Assembly: GCA_002633005.1 (NCBI GenBank)
Contig: NMRA01000828.1
Location: forward strand, 62,001 to 126,000
Length of the DNA stretch: 64,000 nucleotides
Direction: 5' to 3'
From: Phoronis australis
Taxonomy: Eukaryota; Animalia; Phoronida
Shown here: piece after piece, positions 1 through 14,099 of the stretch
Position numbering within the stretch: the first letter of the stretch is position 1
Layout of the letters: the number at the start of each line of letters is the position of its first letter
Notes under the pieces: model-generated
Told to the model about the DNA's origin: nothing
The model's input: the letters and a program-made list of their open reading frames with translations, nothing else
The model's database searches: none
Made by a program: the position numbers and the translations under genes

Positions 1-1229
1 TGCTGTTTATGTAAGTTCGGAAACAGTTGCACAATCTGGATATATTTGTCGAGCGGTATTTGGCTGTAACGTGTTAGAAAACTTTGTGCTGTTACCAACC
101 TAATTTCTGAGAGGAAAATCTATCATGGGGTTTATAATCAGGCTGAAACTTCTTTTTCATTTCATTCAGTGGATTTCAAATATTTTTATGACGAACTTAG
201 CCACTGTATCAATCCGCTTCTGTCAATACACTTCTTTTGATTTCCACCACTTGCCGTTACAACAAAACCAGTTGTTCTTAACTCAGTTTAGAAGTGATGA
301 GAAGAACTTAAAATTTAAAAAAAATCGCGATTACTTTCGATTACTAACACCTAATTTAGGTAGACTAAGTCGACCTTGGTCCCAAGCGATGACGAACTGG
401 TCGATCAGTTCTTCCAAAGCCCATAAACCACTCACTTCACGTTTGAACAAGAGACGGGCCATTTTCATAGCTGTAGGAAAACTTGTCGCCATCGAGTCAT
501 TTTCATTTTGTACCTACCGTTCATGAGCCACAGCATACTCCACTCTCGCTAGATGGCGTTTAATACTCTTCGCCAACTTCTTGTTCTAAAAACAAGACGT
601 AAAAATCTACTTCACCGTCAAGTGATCGGATATAGTTTTTACCCAACCACAAGGAGTAAGTCTAATTTCTCACTCACAAACAATAACATAACATACAGTC
701 AAACCATATGCATCAACACAGCAATATATTTGGACTTTTATGCTGTGGCCCAACAGCTTCCATAGCGGTAGCTAACGACATTCAACACTCTGAAACAACC
801 GCGTTCCTGGCCTCCAGCACACGTCAGTCGGCTTGCGTGTAAGCCCAAAACATAGTTTCTTGCTGTATTGATTTGAAAGTCCCGTGAGTTGATTAACCTG
901 ATAGGTGTCATTACTTTCTCATTTATAAAGGCTTCTTGGTAAGTTATTATTTAGTAAATAACAAGTTATTCTAAGTATCTTGTTAGCAGTACTGTAATAC
1001 GAAGATAAGTGTACAATCTGTATGATAAAGTTGTTATCAGTACTGTGTACGAGTTTATCTACGAACTACCACCAGCAATTAATGAGTACTAAACCACTCA
1101 ATTGAAAATCGGACTATGATCACCTGTATTTCAATGACATGATTTTTAAAGAGAAACCTGAAAAATAATGCAAATGATATCTCTTTACATAGAAATTGCA
1201 ATCGCCCTTTCTGCGACAGAGAGATTAGG

Positions 1230-1610
1230 ATATCTGTTGTTGTACCAATCCCGAAAAGTTCTGCAAATGACCCATTTGTTCTTCTTAATGACAGGGGAAT
1301 AAGCCTTCTACCTTGCATTGCCAAGGCCTACTCTAGTTTGCTAAATAACAGAATGGTTCATCATGCCGAATCTAGTAACTTGGTAGTGGATGAACAACAC
1401 GGTTTTGAAAAAATCGACCCTGTCAGTACCACTTTTTTATTTCGACCACCATCCTGTGAGAAACCAACTAAAATTCAAGTACTTGCTTCCTTTATTGACT
1501 TTCAAAAGAGTTTCAACTTGGTTGACAGAGTCGTTCTTCTCCTGGAACAGCTTGAAAAACATGCTGTTGGGAAACTTTATTTTGCCATTAAGTCTCTACT
1601 CGTGAACAGC
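1230..1610 (+). mobile_element. Degenerate non-LTR retrotransposon (LINE) reverse transcriptase fragment
   Basis: Translation RGISLLPCIAKAYSSLLNNR...VVDEQHGF...FIDFQKSFNLVDR...GKLYFAIKSL matches the N-terminal RT motifs of APE-type LINEs (YRxISLL, EQxGF, FxDFxKAFDxV); truncated and decayed; bounds approximate. Confidence 0.8.
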
Positions 1611-2841
1611 TTATTGTTTAATGATTATTTTTTTCGGGGAACTTTCTGTTTATGTTTCTGGTGCATTTTAAATGCAAGTTGTGTTTATACATGTATACAC
1701 GATGTAAGCCTAATCAGTTACTTATAAACCCAATGGACTGTGTGTGTTTTGAAAAAATTATTTAAGTTTAAGCACATGCACTTTAATAAACAAATATCAT
1801 AGTTCTAAAACTACTACTACTACTACTACCGCTACCACTACTTTACAGTTCAGTACAAGACTCCACTGCGCCATTAGCGTCATGAGCGCAGTAATGTCTT
1901 AGGTCGAGAATATATGCTCTCCACGTTGCATGACACAGGCAGACGAATATTTCCCGATGACTCATAACCATATAAGAAAAATGTTTTATTAGTAGTGAGT
2001 GACGCCAGTGGGGATCGAGGAACAGATTAACTCAATCACGGCCTGTGCGCCATGACGGTTGAAAGTAAACTGGAGCTGGCCGGGAGTCACAGTCACCATG
2101 CAACAGCCAGGGTCGTGTTCTGTACACGCAAAATACTTCGACGAAGTAGTAGTCAAGAAATCATGGCTTCCGGAACGGAACTAACTTAACTTTACTCGCA
2201 GTTTTTGGCCTAGCCAATATTCTTGCCAAACTGACCGATCGTTTCAGCAGCAAACATTTTGCTGGTGCACGCGAGTAAGCTTCACAGCAGAAAACTCGTT
2301 TTTCTCTTTCGGGTTTTTCTTGGTCTTGCGTAACCTCGCATTTCTATAACTTGTCAGATTTAATCTATAGGTCAATGAAAAGTGAAATGTGTATGGAACT
2401 CGACGCCCGGTCTCTGTATCAAGCACAGAATATATCTGCTTTTAAACTGATTGCCTGTAGATCAGATGAATCTAATCGTTCTTATTCGTTTTAAATCCAA
2501 ACACAGAAAGGACAAAGGGATGACGTAGGATCCCTGCTTTGTTGCGGTATCTAATGTGAAGAAGCAAGGACATTTTAGTTTATCATTTGTCCAAGGTAGT
2601 AAACCTAATAGTTGGACGAGAACAATTTTAGGGTATCACCTATGCATTACTTTCCAAAATGACGAGCTATGGTGAACTGTCCTCCCTCGCCTACTGTATC
2701 TGCATCAAGCCTGTGCAAAAAGAAATGTAAAAACGCTCACTTAATGAAAAAAGTCTAATTCGACCCTGGGACATCTTTACTACCCATGCACTCATCTTTT
2801 CCCGCAAATCTTTTATCCTATCAACCATGATATTTGTTTCT

Positions 2842-3215
2842 TTAATTCCCTGAAACATTAAAATTTACCCGAGTTCTACGGGCCATCTTTAACTGCTCGT
2901 TCAGCATCTGAAGTATACCATCCGCTTCCAACACGTTGCTTCCATAGATATCCTCTAGTTCCATATTCAGAACTACCGGTGGTATAAGAGGTTGAGGCCC
3001 ATCGTCCTCAGCTTCACTTTCAGCTTTGTCATCCCCCGGCAGCGTCGCTGCTAGAGCTTTAAGCTGCCCTATGTTAACGATGTCGTTAACATTGCCACCA
3101 TTTTTTAGCACCTTTTTCGTTTTCTTTACCAGTTTCAACGGATTGGATGTACCGAACTGTTTCTTCGCGCGCTTCTTTAATTTCTTTGTTGCTGTTGGAG
3201 AGTGTATGAAAGTGT
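2842..3215 (-). CDS. Possible coding exon of unknown function (Lys-rich then acidic)
   Basis: Open frame TKKLKKRAKKQFGTSNPLKLVKKTKK...DDKAESEAEDD...SGN*, with a possible acceptor (ctctccaacag) near 3192; no family recognised. Confidence 0.3.
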
Positions 3216-3249
3216 GTCACGAAATGCGTTTTTCATGAACATTGCAAAT

Positions 3250-3310
3250 AGTGGCAATACAAATGGTATCAATACAAATGGTAGCAATACAAATGGTAGC
3301 AATACAAATC
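3250..3310. repeat. 15-bp tandem repeat (AATACAAATGGTAGC-like, about 4 copies)
   Basis: Directly visible repeat. Confidence 0.8.
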
Positions 3311-6300
3311 ATTGTTTAGCAAGAAGAAATAGTCCCAATAAAATAGCGGTGACGAGGTTACACAATGAAGAAAAAGCGTTTTAATTATTGCAATCGTATA
3401 TGACGAAACTGACAACCAAAAACAGACAACAATTTGAGTCAACGGGACCTGAAGCCATCACGTTATTATAAGATGTTGACGTGTCTTCCTTGCGTCCAAA
3501 CTTCTTTTCGGTGCCTGCTTATTGTGTAAATCAGATTCTCTTATCGATGAATGATTTTGGTACTGAGTTCGAAAGCTTCGCTGTTTTGCTGGTTTCTTAT
3601 GAATAACCAAGAAATAAGTCAAAGTCTTCCACCAAAATTTTGGAATGATGTTGATTTCAGGTTAAATCAGCACACGACGGGCTCATTTATGCCATAAAAG
3701 TAATCGTTGATGCTGCATAAGTATCAGACGCCATTCCTCACCTCGTGACCCCTGCTTTAGAGAGCCAAAAACAAAACCTTTTTGAATTGCGCTCCATAGA
3801 AAATGGACTACAACATACATAGCTAGAAAATGACGAAAATAGCGCGTGAATAGCGAGTTAGTTTTGACATGGAATTACAAAGTCTGCAAAACTGGCAAGC
3901 CGTCGTGACCAACGGTTTCGGCGATCGAGCTATACGAAGGAAAAGACCACAAGACATACCAAGGACCGTAATATTCTATCTAGTCACTCCATCTTAAGTA
4001 AGAGGCACTCACTCGGGTTGGAAGGCGATATTGGAAGAGACCTCCCTCTAAACCTGTACTGCGTCCACCGTGACTGTCATCTCACTCAATCAACAAAGCC
4101 ACTGACAAAGCATGTCCTACGGAGTAGCTAAACGGTCACACCTAGGCCTAGTTCCGTAGACGCAATATTCTCGCGAAGGAAGCTATTGTCATCAATATGG
4201 TTCTCATCAGGAAGAGATAACCATATAATACATTGAGTGATCTTGCATATTCGCGAGGTTGCCATCACGAAAGTCTTGTGACCGAGAACGATGTGGAGGA
4301 GGGAGACGGCAAAAAATGAAAGTTTTGTGTCAAGAAATCAAAACAGGAAAGTAGAAATTTTCGGAAAGATCTGGCGAACTTCCCAGATCGCTATCAACTT
4401 TGCACGGTCGCCACCAAGGCTCCAAGTATCGCCTCAAATTATTTTTAGGGACACGTGTCTGGTTCTCACCGGCTTCCTGTAGTCATAGACCCCTTTCATG
4501 CTGTGTTGGTATGGGACCACTTACCTCTCTGCTTTTTAGTAACATTTGCGTATTATAACACAATGATTCTTATAAACAAACTTACCTAAACACTTGACGC
4601 AGCAGAGTAAGCAAGCTGGCATTTACATGGAAGTTGGTATAAAAAAATCAATAAAGTTAACCAGTTTCGACTATTCTTTACATACTGCTGAAAAATGCCA
4701 TGACGTAGATGTTGCTAGGGGAATAAAAATGAAAACAACCGCGACGCAAGCTATCAAATTCGTTACAACAAAATTTGTTTATTTCTATGGTGTGCGAGCA
4801 TGTACTTTCCTGTCTAAACAGAAATACATACCAGTCCTATAAGGTGCCTACAAATTTATGCTAAGTTAAAATCGAAGATGAAAATTCAGAAAAGACCATT
4901 TCATGAAAATAGAGGCTTTATTTGGGGCAAGCCACAGGCAAGGTTTGGCGGCAACTTTTAATAGATACAGATAGTAGGTTCCGTAAATCTGGTTTGCTTG
5001 TATTTGTGAATACGCTGGTAATAAGAAAGGGCCCCTAGTTTGGCTGTACATACGCTTGTCTATAAGATGGTGGCCCCTGTAGCACTGTTGCATTTCTGCG
5101 TCGCTATGATTTCAGTTAGCCCACTAACAACACCATCTTCATGCCACATTTTTGTACTCTGAAGAAGATGTGCTTTCAGTATCTAGTGTTTTTTGTTTTT
5201 AGTGATGTAATTTGTTAAAGAAAACGTCTATAGTTGAGAGATTAAGTAGATGCTGTGTTTTAGCAAATAGCCAATGACCGATTGCAGACCAGAAATTAAC
5301 GGTCGTAATACAATCCTAGTATAGTAGAGATGGCTCTTTATCACAAAATATACAGAGATCTGATTGACTGACACTAGTTTTGACAAGAAATACATTTTTG
5401 ACCACATTTCTGTGAAACTTATCTTGAACCTCTTTAACCCCGTAAAATTAATGGGACAAGTATACACCTCTCTCCACCACGTGGTTGCATCTGTAACGTT
5501 GGCCTGCCATTTCCCCTTCAGCTCATGGGTTGGGTTTTTTAAAGGCATTCAATTAAATGGGAACATATACTTTTATTTGCAAAATGTAACACTTTGGGAA
5601 GATGGGAAGATTTATTAAATTCGCATTTCTGGAATCTTTATTCAATTAAAAAAAATGCGCACATAAGACCATAAAAATTAGTAAAGGGTGGAGAAAAATC
5701 AAACCTACCATGACTAAATGATGATTCATTAGACACTTAACTTTCCGTTTCACTCCCAGTGGAGCAAATCATAAATATAAATATAACTTCGATACCATGT
5801 TTTATTAAGGGCTGTTGTTTTGTTTATAGTTGTATTGATATTATATCAAAAGTTACTGATTTGAAAATCCACGATCTTAATCACGAACATGTCCAAAAAT
5901 AAAGCAAATGAACCAAACACTTTAGATCAAAATAAGTTTCAACTTTTCTTTGAACACTGCTGGTAAAACACCCCTTCAACATGCAACAAAGTTATCTCCG
6001 TTCCATCCGTAGCGTGTGACTTTTAAGCCTTGAACCAGGTTTAAAATAAATTATTGGCCTGGAAGGCAATGGCAAAGCAAGAAACAAATGAACCAATTTT
6101 GTTACTAAAAGAGATTTGCCAAGGGGACCAGGCCAATATTTCTTTTTCAATTCAGAATCTAGTATTGACTTATGCTTAGCATAAGAGGTGGTTTGAGGCT
6201 AAAAACTGTCAATTTTGCTTTTTGTCACATTTTGTTTGAGTCTCGCTTTCTCTTTCGGTGGAAGTGAAAGGGCCAAAAATACGAGATAGAATAAAGTTTT

Positions 6301-6807
6301 GGGATCATGTGTGGCGGTTTTGATGTGAAAGGACTGACAACCTTTCTTTTGTTCAGAGGTTTTTCGACAGAGTTGAAGAAAGGCATCAAGTTCAGTAAGG
6401 TCAGGTCTGCCAGGCAACACCCACTGAAAACTGTAGTGTAATATGAGAGTAATTAGATTTATGGGAAGCTGCGCCTGCGCCAGAATTTAGACATGCGCCT
6501 TTATTTGAAACATTCGAGTAAAATAGAGGTACGTGTTCATGAGTGAAGGTCACGAAGCTACATTAGGTGAAAAAGTAAGAGGATCTGCAAACACAAAAAC
6601 GTGTAATCAAAACTTCAGTCCTTTCATGTACAAGAAGCACCCCAGTACATTTACGTAAATACGCGTATTATGCCCATGAGCTTATATCCGAAATAATTGT
6701 TCCCAAAATAATTAGCAGGCGCTTAATCTTAATGATCTTTACGCACAGAATCTATCCTTTGCATATGTCACATCCGTGTGTTTTTCGTAAGTCAATCTGC
6801 TATGTTT

Positions 6808-7647
6808 TTACTCTTTCTTAGTTTTTGACCAACGTTTACAGCAACAGCGATTGACCAATATAATGAGTCGAAATATAAGGAAACCCATAAAAACTGTAAT
6901 AGCTAGCACAACAGTTGCGACATCTAATGAATAATACTGGTACCATGGAAGAAACCTGCCATAAGGTTTTAAATGTGAAATGCCCCTGTGTCGAATTACG
7001 TAGTCTATCCAATACAAAAGTAGATCTCTGCCAGATATTGGCTGGTCCTTTAAATAAGCTGATAAGTGCAAAGCGTTTTCTTTGTAAACAGGATTCGAAA
7101 TCACGTCACGAATGGCATGCTCAAAGTTTTCTGTTGTCATTGTTTTAATGTCAAGACTGACTCCCATTCTGTGAGAAAGAGTGAGTCTGGCGGCGTTTTG
7201 ATGTTGATCGCCATCTATCGGTAGAGCAACAATGGGCACTCCAAACATTGCTGCTTCGTACATACTGTTTTGACCACAGTGTGTTACAAAAAGTTTGGTT
7301 TTAGTATGGCCGAGAAGAGCGGTTTGCGGAAGCCATTTCACCAGCTTGGTGTTCCTTCCAAGATTTTTTGGCGTTGGCCCTTCGTATTTCCAGACAATCT
7401 TCTGAGGCATCTTTGCAAACGCATTCGCAATCAAGTTCCCATAGTATTCGTCATATTCTTTTATCATGGAGCCGAAACTCATTAGGATTATTCCGTGGCC
7501 TCCTGAACTTCGAACAAATTCTTCCATTTCTTTTTCTAGTGGCTCGGGTTGTGTAGCAAGAATGCCATTCAGATATACGACATCCGGTAAATATGGCGCC
7601 GGATTCTCGAGCGGAAATCCTCCATAAACCAAAGCGAGGCTTTCAGG
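6808..7647 (-). CDS. UGT gene 1, exon 2 (C-terminal UDP-sugar-binding domain, TM helix, ER retrieval motif)
   Basis: Acceptor ctcttccag|CCT GAA AGC (phase 0); UGT signature WLPQTALLGHTKTKLFVTHCGQNSMYEAAMFGVPIVALPIDGDQ; WYQYYSLDV + TM; ends KTKKE (KxKxx). Confidence 0.93.
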   Translation of the reverse strand, partial: PESLALVYGGFPLENPAPYLPDVVYLNGILATQPEPLEKEMEEFVRSSGGHGIILMSFGSMIKEYDEYYGNLIANAFAKMPQKIVWKYEGPTPKNLGRNTKLVKWLPQTALLGHTKTKLFVTHCGQNSMYEAAMFGVPIVALPIDGDQHQNAARLTLSHRMGVSLDIKTMTTENFEHAIRDVISNPVYKENALHLSAYLKDQPISGRDLLLYWIDYVIRHRGISHLKPYGRFLPWYQYYSLDVATVVLAITVFMGFLIFRLIILVNRCCCKRWSKTKKE

Positions 7648-8832
7648 CTGGAAGAGATACAATTTGTATACACGTGTATAACTTAAAGCTGCCATGAACC
7701 CGCCTTAGTTTGGAAAACAAGCATTTGATTTGATCATTAAACGATATCAAAGAGGTCTCAAATTTCTTGTTTCTTCGCAGATGAATGATTTGGGCCTCTA
7801 TCTGACACTGTGCCACGAAGCTGCTTAGACTCAGCAGGTAACTTTACTTAGGCGTCAAGCTTAGCCTTCCAAGAAACGAACTATTAGCTCTTCCGAAGCA
7901 CAAATATATCATCTAATTTGAGAAACAAAATTTTGGAAACCAATTTAGCTTAACGGTACTTGGTTTAGCTCCGACAATAGACTGGGCCTGTCACCACTTA
8001 GGCTCTATTCCGCGCTGGAGCTGATCTCTAAAAATCACTTTTCTTGCCTATAATGTCCGTTATATTAGAAATTAAAAATATCAGGGGTGAACTTTAAACG
8101 GGACACGAGTATTTAAAAGTGATTTTTGCCGGAATTGACGTTTACCTTAAGCAGGGCATGGACGATAACTGAGGGCTGGATTTCTCCACACTTTTCAAAA
8201 AAGTTTTGGTAAATTTCTCTTCCGTTAAAAGACAGTTGACATTTGAAATGATATAAAAACACTAGAATTATGTCTTAATATCTGCACGCTAAGGACGTGA
8301 GAAGCATGCCTGGACGCGCATTGGCGAGCATCAGATCCACACAGACAAAGTTGCTACCAGATAGTGGTCACCTGAAAAGTCTGGAAAGTTGTACAATTCT
8401 AGCACCTTCTAACAAAACAATTCAAACATTCTCACCGTCCTTATGGTTCAAAAGGCTATCACTGTGGCTTCTCGGGGTCACAAACTGTGTCAGCACCGGC
8501 TTCTATTTCTATCAGCTTGGCGTTCAGTACTCGCAAATTCCCACAAGGACCACAAGATAAAGCGTTTAGAGAGCGTCAGGGATGATACAATTCCAAGTGA
8601 ACCAATCTTTTGCGTTAGTTTTTGCAAATTTAAACCTTTGGATAAACGACAGATTAGGAAAGTTTACACATCAAAAAAGTCTGTAGCTTCTGAAAACGCT
8701 GAACGGCCAGTGGCGGGCTACATTGGCTAATGGGTGCTGAACAGCTACAGTGTATGTTAGTAGTTAGTAACCCGTTCAAAGGTATATTCTTAGTAAGTTC
8801 AACGGATCTTTGTAAGTTTAGACTATACTTAC

Positions 8833-9531
8833 AAATTTCGGCTCCATGTTGAATTGTCGAACGAGGCTCTGATGGTCGTATGTCATTTTGAACACACCGA
8901 TTCTCAGAATACAATACCAAAGCACGTTCATGAATCGCTGAGTAAATGTCATGTTTTGACCGACTGGGTTCAAAATTGAAACCATGTATGACGGATGGTA
9001 AGGCAGCTCGCGAGTTTCCATTCTTCTGAAGAAATCGTGCGGCATGAATTCTACGGCTGGTACATCACCTAATATTCTTTGTATCCCGTACTTACAAAAT
9101 AAAATTGCATTGTAGTAAACCAGCTCAAAGTTTTCTGCCTTGAGCCTTGAATGAGTCTTTGTTGAGTTGAGGAACGACTCGCAACTGGCAAGAGGCATTT
9201 TCATTACGTTGGCTGCGGTTGTCAACTCATGGTCCATGATATCCCGAAGAGAGAACGTGTGCAGTAAGTCCTGTGGTAGTTTGGTGGATCTAGGATAAGT
9301 TATTAACGTCACGCCAGCTTTTCTAAGGAATGCAGGTGGTTGGTATCCGTTGTCAGCAAGAACGTAAACATCGTGGCCGTGTTCTGCAATCATTGCAAGG
9401 ATTTTTTCGTCATTCCTCAATGCGGAATTTCGAGCAAAGGTGAGAGGACATCCTAAAATCTTTGCCGCCGCAGATTTTGCCGTGTTGTTTAGCAACACAA
9501 AGACAACGACAATTAAAAACCGACAACTCAT
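8833..9531 (-). CDS. UGT gene 1, exon 1 (signal peptide + N-terminal acceptor-binding domain)
   Basis: ATG at 9531 (MSCRFLIVVVFVLL, signal-like), KILGCP...GHDV, MTFTQRFMN motif; donor EPKF|gtaagt, phase 0, in frame with exon at 7647. Confidence 0.9.
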
Positions 9532-11780
9532 CACAAGCAGTAAAAACCGTGAAAGTTGATCTACAATGAAGACGTTAACAATCTGATCCGCAATGAATTC
9601 ACTGAGCAGGCCGTCCGGTCTCGGTGTGCGACGATAAAAATAGCACTTAGACGACACTGACTTGTCACACAGGGTGTATCAAAACTGTCAGAATTGACGT
9701 GCTCGTCTGGCCTCGATGTGATTGAGTTTTGGCAAAGGAGATTTTTATGTCTGATTTTTATATCTTTTCTAATCTGTTGAGGTCCTCAGTCTGTCTTTCG
9801 AAGTGTAGGCTATGTTCGCACCCGAATGTATACATCTTGTACGTATATTTGCTATGCACGTAAGCGCAAATACACACGGGATGAAAGTTATACACTTGGG
9901 GGTACATTGCACTCGCCTACATTGTAATGTAATTGTCCGGGGTGGGGGGCGTGCCCCCTAAAATTTTGCGGGCGTCTACCGGGTTAAACCTTGGCAGCCG
10001 GCATAGCGTGTTACAGGGGACACTTGAGAAAAGAAAGACTGCGAATAGGGATAAGAGAGAAAGTTCTAGAGAAATAACAACTCAGTATCAATTAATGGTT
10101 TTGTCTCGGCTGGCCAGGACATTGTTGTTAAGGTATCCGTTTTTGCAGAATACATGTAGGTCATCTAAATGCACTTGAAAACGTGAGTTTTATTATCCAT
10201 TCATGTATTTCGAAATCAGAAAATTCGAAAAGCGATTTTTAAATTCAATAAGACAATTTTACAAACGAAAAACTGTATTTTTGCAGAGGCCCTTCTCTAG
10301 CAAGGGAAAATGGAGACAATTGTCGCCGTATTTTCGTTTTTTTTTCTCTCTAACTGAATTGTATAGCACTTGAGAAAATTTGAAGGCCTGAGAGATAACA
10401 TCAATTTCTGCACATTTCCTGATTTTTTAAAATATAGATCTTAGGGGCCAGCCCTTGAAGGTGGCCATTGGTGACATTCACGTGGTCACCTTTTTCGTGT
10501 TTTTATCAACAATTTCTTAAGCGGCAGCTCACGAAGAGGGGGCCCAATGCTTGAATCGATTACCTCTATTTTCCTTTTTTCTGAAATCGTACAACCAGCT
10601 TTCATGTTGAGAAGGATCACTTCTTGCGATGGAATGAACTGTCACTCTTTTTCAAGCATAATGCTGTTTATCTTTATCCTTTCTTCTTAGGTGTCCCATT
10701 TCAGGCGGGACTCTCTCTAGGGGCTGTTCGCGTGAATTGTCCCTTTGTCCATCTATACAATCATGTAAATATGATTCTGCCAAATATTCACGAGGGGAAC
10801 TTGATATTCCAAATTCGTCAAAAACACAAAACATTTGTGTACAGCACAACTGTATCAAGACATTCCACCCAAACAACCACAACATGTGAAAATAGAATAT
10901 GATTGACCGCTATCGAAAAGGTGGACCGTTATTTGTGAATTACACAAAAAGACTATTTCCGATGGTTAGTTATAAAATAACGTTACTTTTTCCCATATTA
11001 TCACAAGAATAGTATTTCTTTTGAAGATCGTTACTAGAAGTTGTTTGTAAGGAATTCGCAACTATCAAAAAGACTGAGGGCTACTATTTGTGATGATCCT
11101 GTACATGTCGAACGGGGGTACTCAAAGTACTCCCAATAATAAACAAATATTCAGCGGGTTTTTTGAGTTCAGTTTTAATTCGTGAACCGTTATAAGCACC
11201 TCTGAAATGAGCAAAAATACACCTTAATAAGATTGCCTCATCTCCCATGTTCCCCCGGTTGCCCGTCAAAAATCTCTGCGCATGCCTGCGGAAATTGCTT
11301 ATAACAACCATTCCGTTTTGATAAACAAATACATGTTTATTTTATGTATCTATGAAAATCGACAGATTCGGAGATGAGTTTTGGAAATTAGAAGCTAAAT
11401 TACGTCTTTTAAGAAATGGTAACGTTTCAGGGAATTTAGTTACAACCTGGTTAAGCGTGTTTGGCGGTACGTTAACCGTACGTATTTCCTCATGAATGTG
11501 AGTCCGTAACCGTGTATTTTGGATGAAAGGATCGTGTTTTGTGAGTCCGATCCTGTATATGTGAGTCAGTGAACGGTGTTTGCAGGTACATGAATCGTGC
11601 TTTTGCGTCCGTGACCGTGTTTAAGACTCCGTGAACCATGTAGTTTAGGTACCTTGTACAGGAAGTATATTTTGGTAGCAGCCCTTCGTTGACACGAACT
11701 TGGTTGAAGCACACACACTGTGTTATAAGGCATTTTACTAGTTGTTAGAAAAGCCAATTTATTTAAGTTGTGGATCTTAA

Positions 11781-12589
11781 AGGAGAATGCCACCCAAAAA
11801 ACAACCTATTTTGTATCAATCTAGATCGATTAGTTCTACTCGATAACGGCACGTTCGGTTGCGTTACCCGCCACCTGACGGCAGACGGAGGTGTTGAAAT
11901 TATCCAGTGACGTCATTGGTTTCACACGCAGTCTGTTCAGCAGTTCACAACACGGGTTACTGGTGTCAGCTTACCGATTGAATTCATCGTTTAACACCAA
12001 CACATAATCAAATTTCGACGTAATACCCATAAAAAACTGAGTTCTTATAAAAACGTGTTGTTTTATTTCGCTGCTACGGATTTATTGGTATTTGAACACA
12101 CCGTAACCTACAAAGTTCGGCAGGCCAATTTACCAAGGTCCATAGCAGGAGTTTGGGTCTGTTCGGAGATAAATTCGAAGTATTCTTCCGTGAAATACAG
12201 ACAGGAGAACCCAGAACTGTGTTGTTTAGACTTATGATTTTTTGAGTTCTAAATACACAAAATGCTCGTTATCCCGACCCCCCCTAAATCCGCCTCTGTA
12301 CCTTTTATTCTTCACTACCGCGAGCCACTTCCTAAGCATTTCGGGCTCTCGGGGAAGTAAAAAAAACGATATACCCGCTTTCTTCTCAGCTTCATTGTTG
12401 GAACGATGCACAGCGATATAGCGGCATTCACTCTGCGGACGAACCACTGACGTCGCTGCGACGTTTCTCACCTTCCTCACAGGTTAACGCGACACCTCTC
12501 GGCAAGGTGAGGTCGACCGTATAAGAGGCGATGTGGATATAGACCGATTAAGACGGTAAAAAAGCAATTAAATGGGATGGCATTCTCCT
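11781..12589 (-). mobile_element. Non-autonomous Kolobok-like DNA transposon with THAP remnant
   Basis: TTAA|AGGAGAATGCCACCC ... GGGATGGCATTCTCCT|TTAA (TIRs + TTAA duplication); internal ORF 12232-12480 GISFFLLPREPEMLRKWLAVVK resembles the THAP FP..W segment. Confidence 0.75.
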
Positions 12590-13522
12590 TTAACTCTGAC
12601 CGTAAAAAGGCAGGTATTGAAAATGTGTATATTATGTTCTATTTATTTTGAAAACATAATGTCATGTTTAAATGGCATCATTAAAGAATACGTTTTAACG
12701 CATTTGGTTTGGATTAAAGTTAATTTTGTATTATTTTAACGAAAACCTAGTCGAGAAAAGTGCCTTTTATTTCGATCAGTGTGGCCAGAATTAAATTGTT
12801 TTTGCCTAAACAACATCTAAAATTAAAATTTGAATGCACAAATTACTACATGGACAAACGAACACAATAGGAAGAAGAACTGGCTCAACATTATTGTTTT
12901 CCTCAATCACTCCAACTTCATCATTGGTAATTTACATCAGCACGTTCCCTAAGTAATAACTTTTGCCTCACAATTCCAGATGTATCTCACTTATTGTGAA
13001 CATGATTATGCAAAGCCGAAGCGTAAAATTTCCAGGACATAAGTTTTCTATTCAAAACTTTCATTCTTCACTTGCTTAGTTTAAACATCAAAACAATCAA
13101 GGTATTCGTAATTAAGGTAGCTTTATGATCTCTGACTAACGGTGGTGAGATTTTGAAATAATTTTGATTCGCGCTATTTTGCTCTTTTGGTTTAAAGTGT
13201 GACCAACAGTGAAACCGCTTCAATAGGAGGAGTCTTTGTAGACAGTCTATCCGATTCGTCATAAAACGAACTTAAGAAAGCCGAAGGCGAATCGGTTTAG
13301 GAAAAATTGGTTCCCGAAATGATACTTGTTGGTGCACCTACAAAATCTCTGCCATACTTTACACAGCGAGATTCGAATCTCGCTGTAATCACCCACAATG
13401 CCGCAATATCCGTCATGCACTTTTTTAGCTTCGTTCTCGTGCGATTCGAGTACTACATGTGTTCTTTGTTCTTATAATCTTTACAAGTTTTTCTTGGCTG
13501 CATTAGCCTTTTTTGTCCGTCC

Positions 13523-13690
13523 AATGCCAGCGATTTATTATTGCTGTGCTGTGGGCTGCAACTCCGACAAACATAAACATCCGAGGATGCTATGCATGGT
13601 ATTATTTTTTTCGCCTTCCCGACATCATTCAAAGACGAGAAAATGCAGAACGACTCGATTAACGGTAAGCTCGGCGGATTAATTTTGAAC
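13523..13690 (+). mobile_element. THAP zinc-finger N-terminal remnant (transposase-derived, frameshifted)
   Basis: MPAIYYCCAVGCNSDK followed in another frame by GIIFFAFPTSFKDEK: C-x4-C...FxFP pattern of THAP domains. Confidence 0.6.
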
Positions 13691-14099
13691 CGAACGCCAT
13701 CTCTTTTCTTGGGGATATCTTTTCAGTTCCGGTATTTTAAATGGTTAAAATCAGGAATATTTTCACGGACATACACTTCTAAGGTTTCCAACATAACTTG
13801 TGAGTGAAAATGTACCTCACGTTATAAAACTAGGCCGATGAAGACAACAAGAGCGGAGTGCTATTGCTGCGTAATAATACAGGACAGCCCTGCTAAGTGC
13901 ACACAATGGTGGTTATTGGGGACAAATACAACAACAACAATAATATATATTTTAGGTTGTATTGGGAATTTCAGGGTCGCAGCTCTACAAATGAATATTT
14001 CACATAAGGAACCAGATGGGTTCTTTAATTACAAGAGATAACACAAACATTTACGATACCCAATATGTAATTGAGTATCGGATGCTAAGTGGCACAGGT

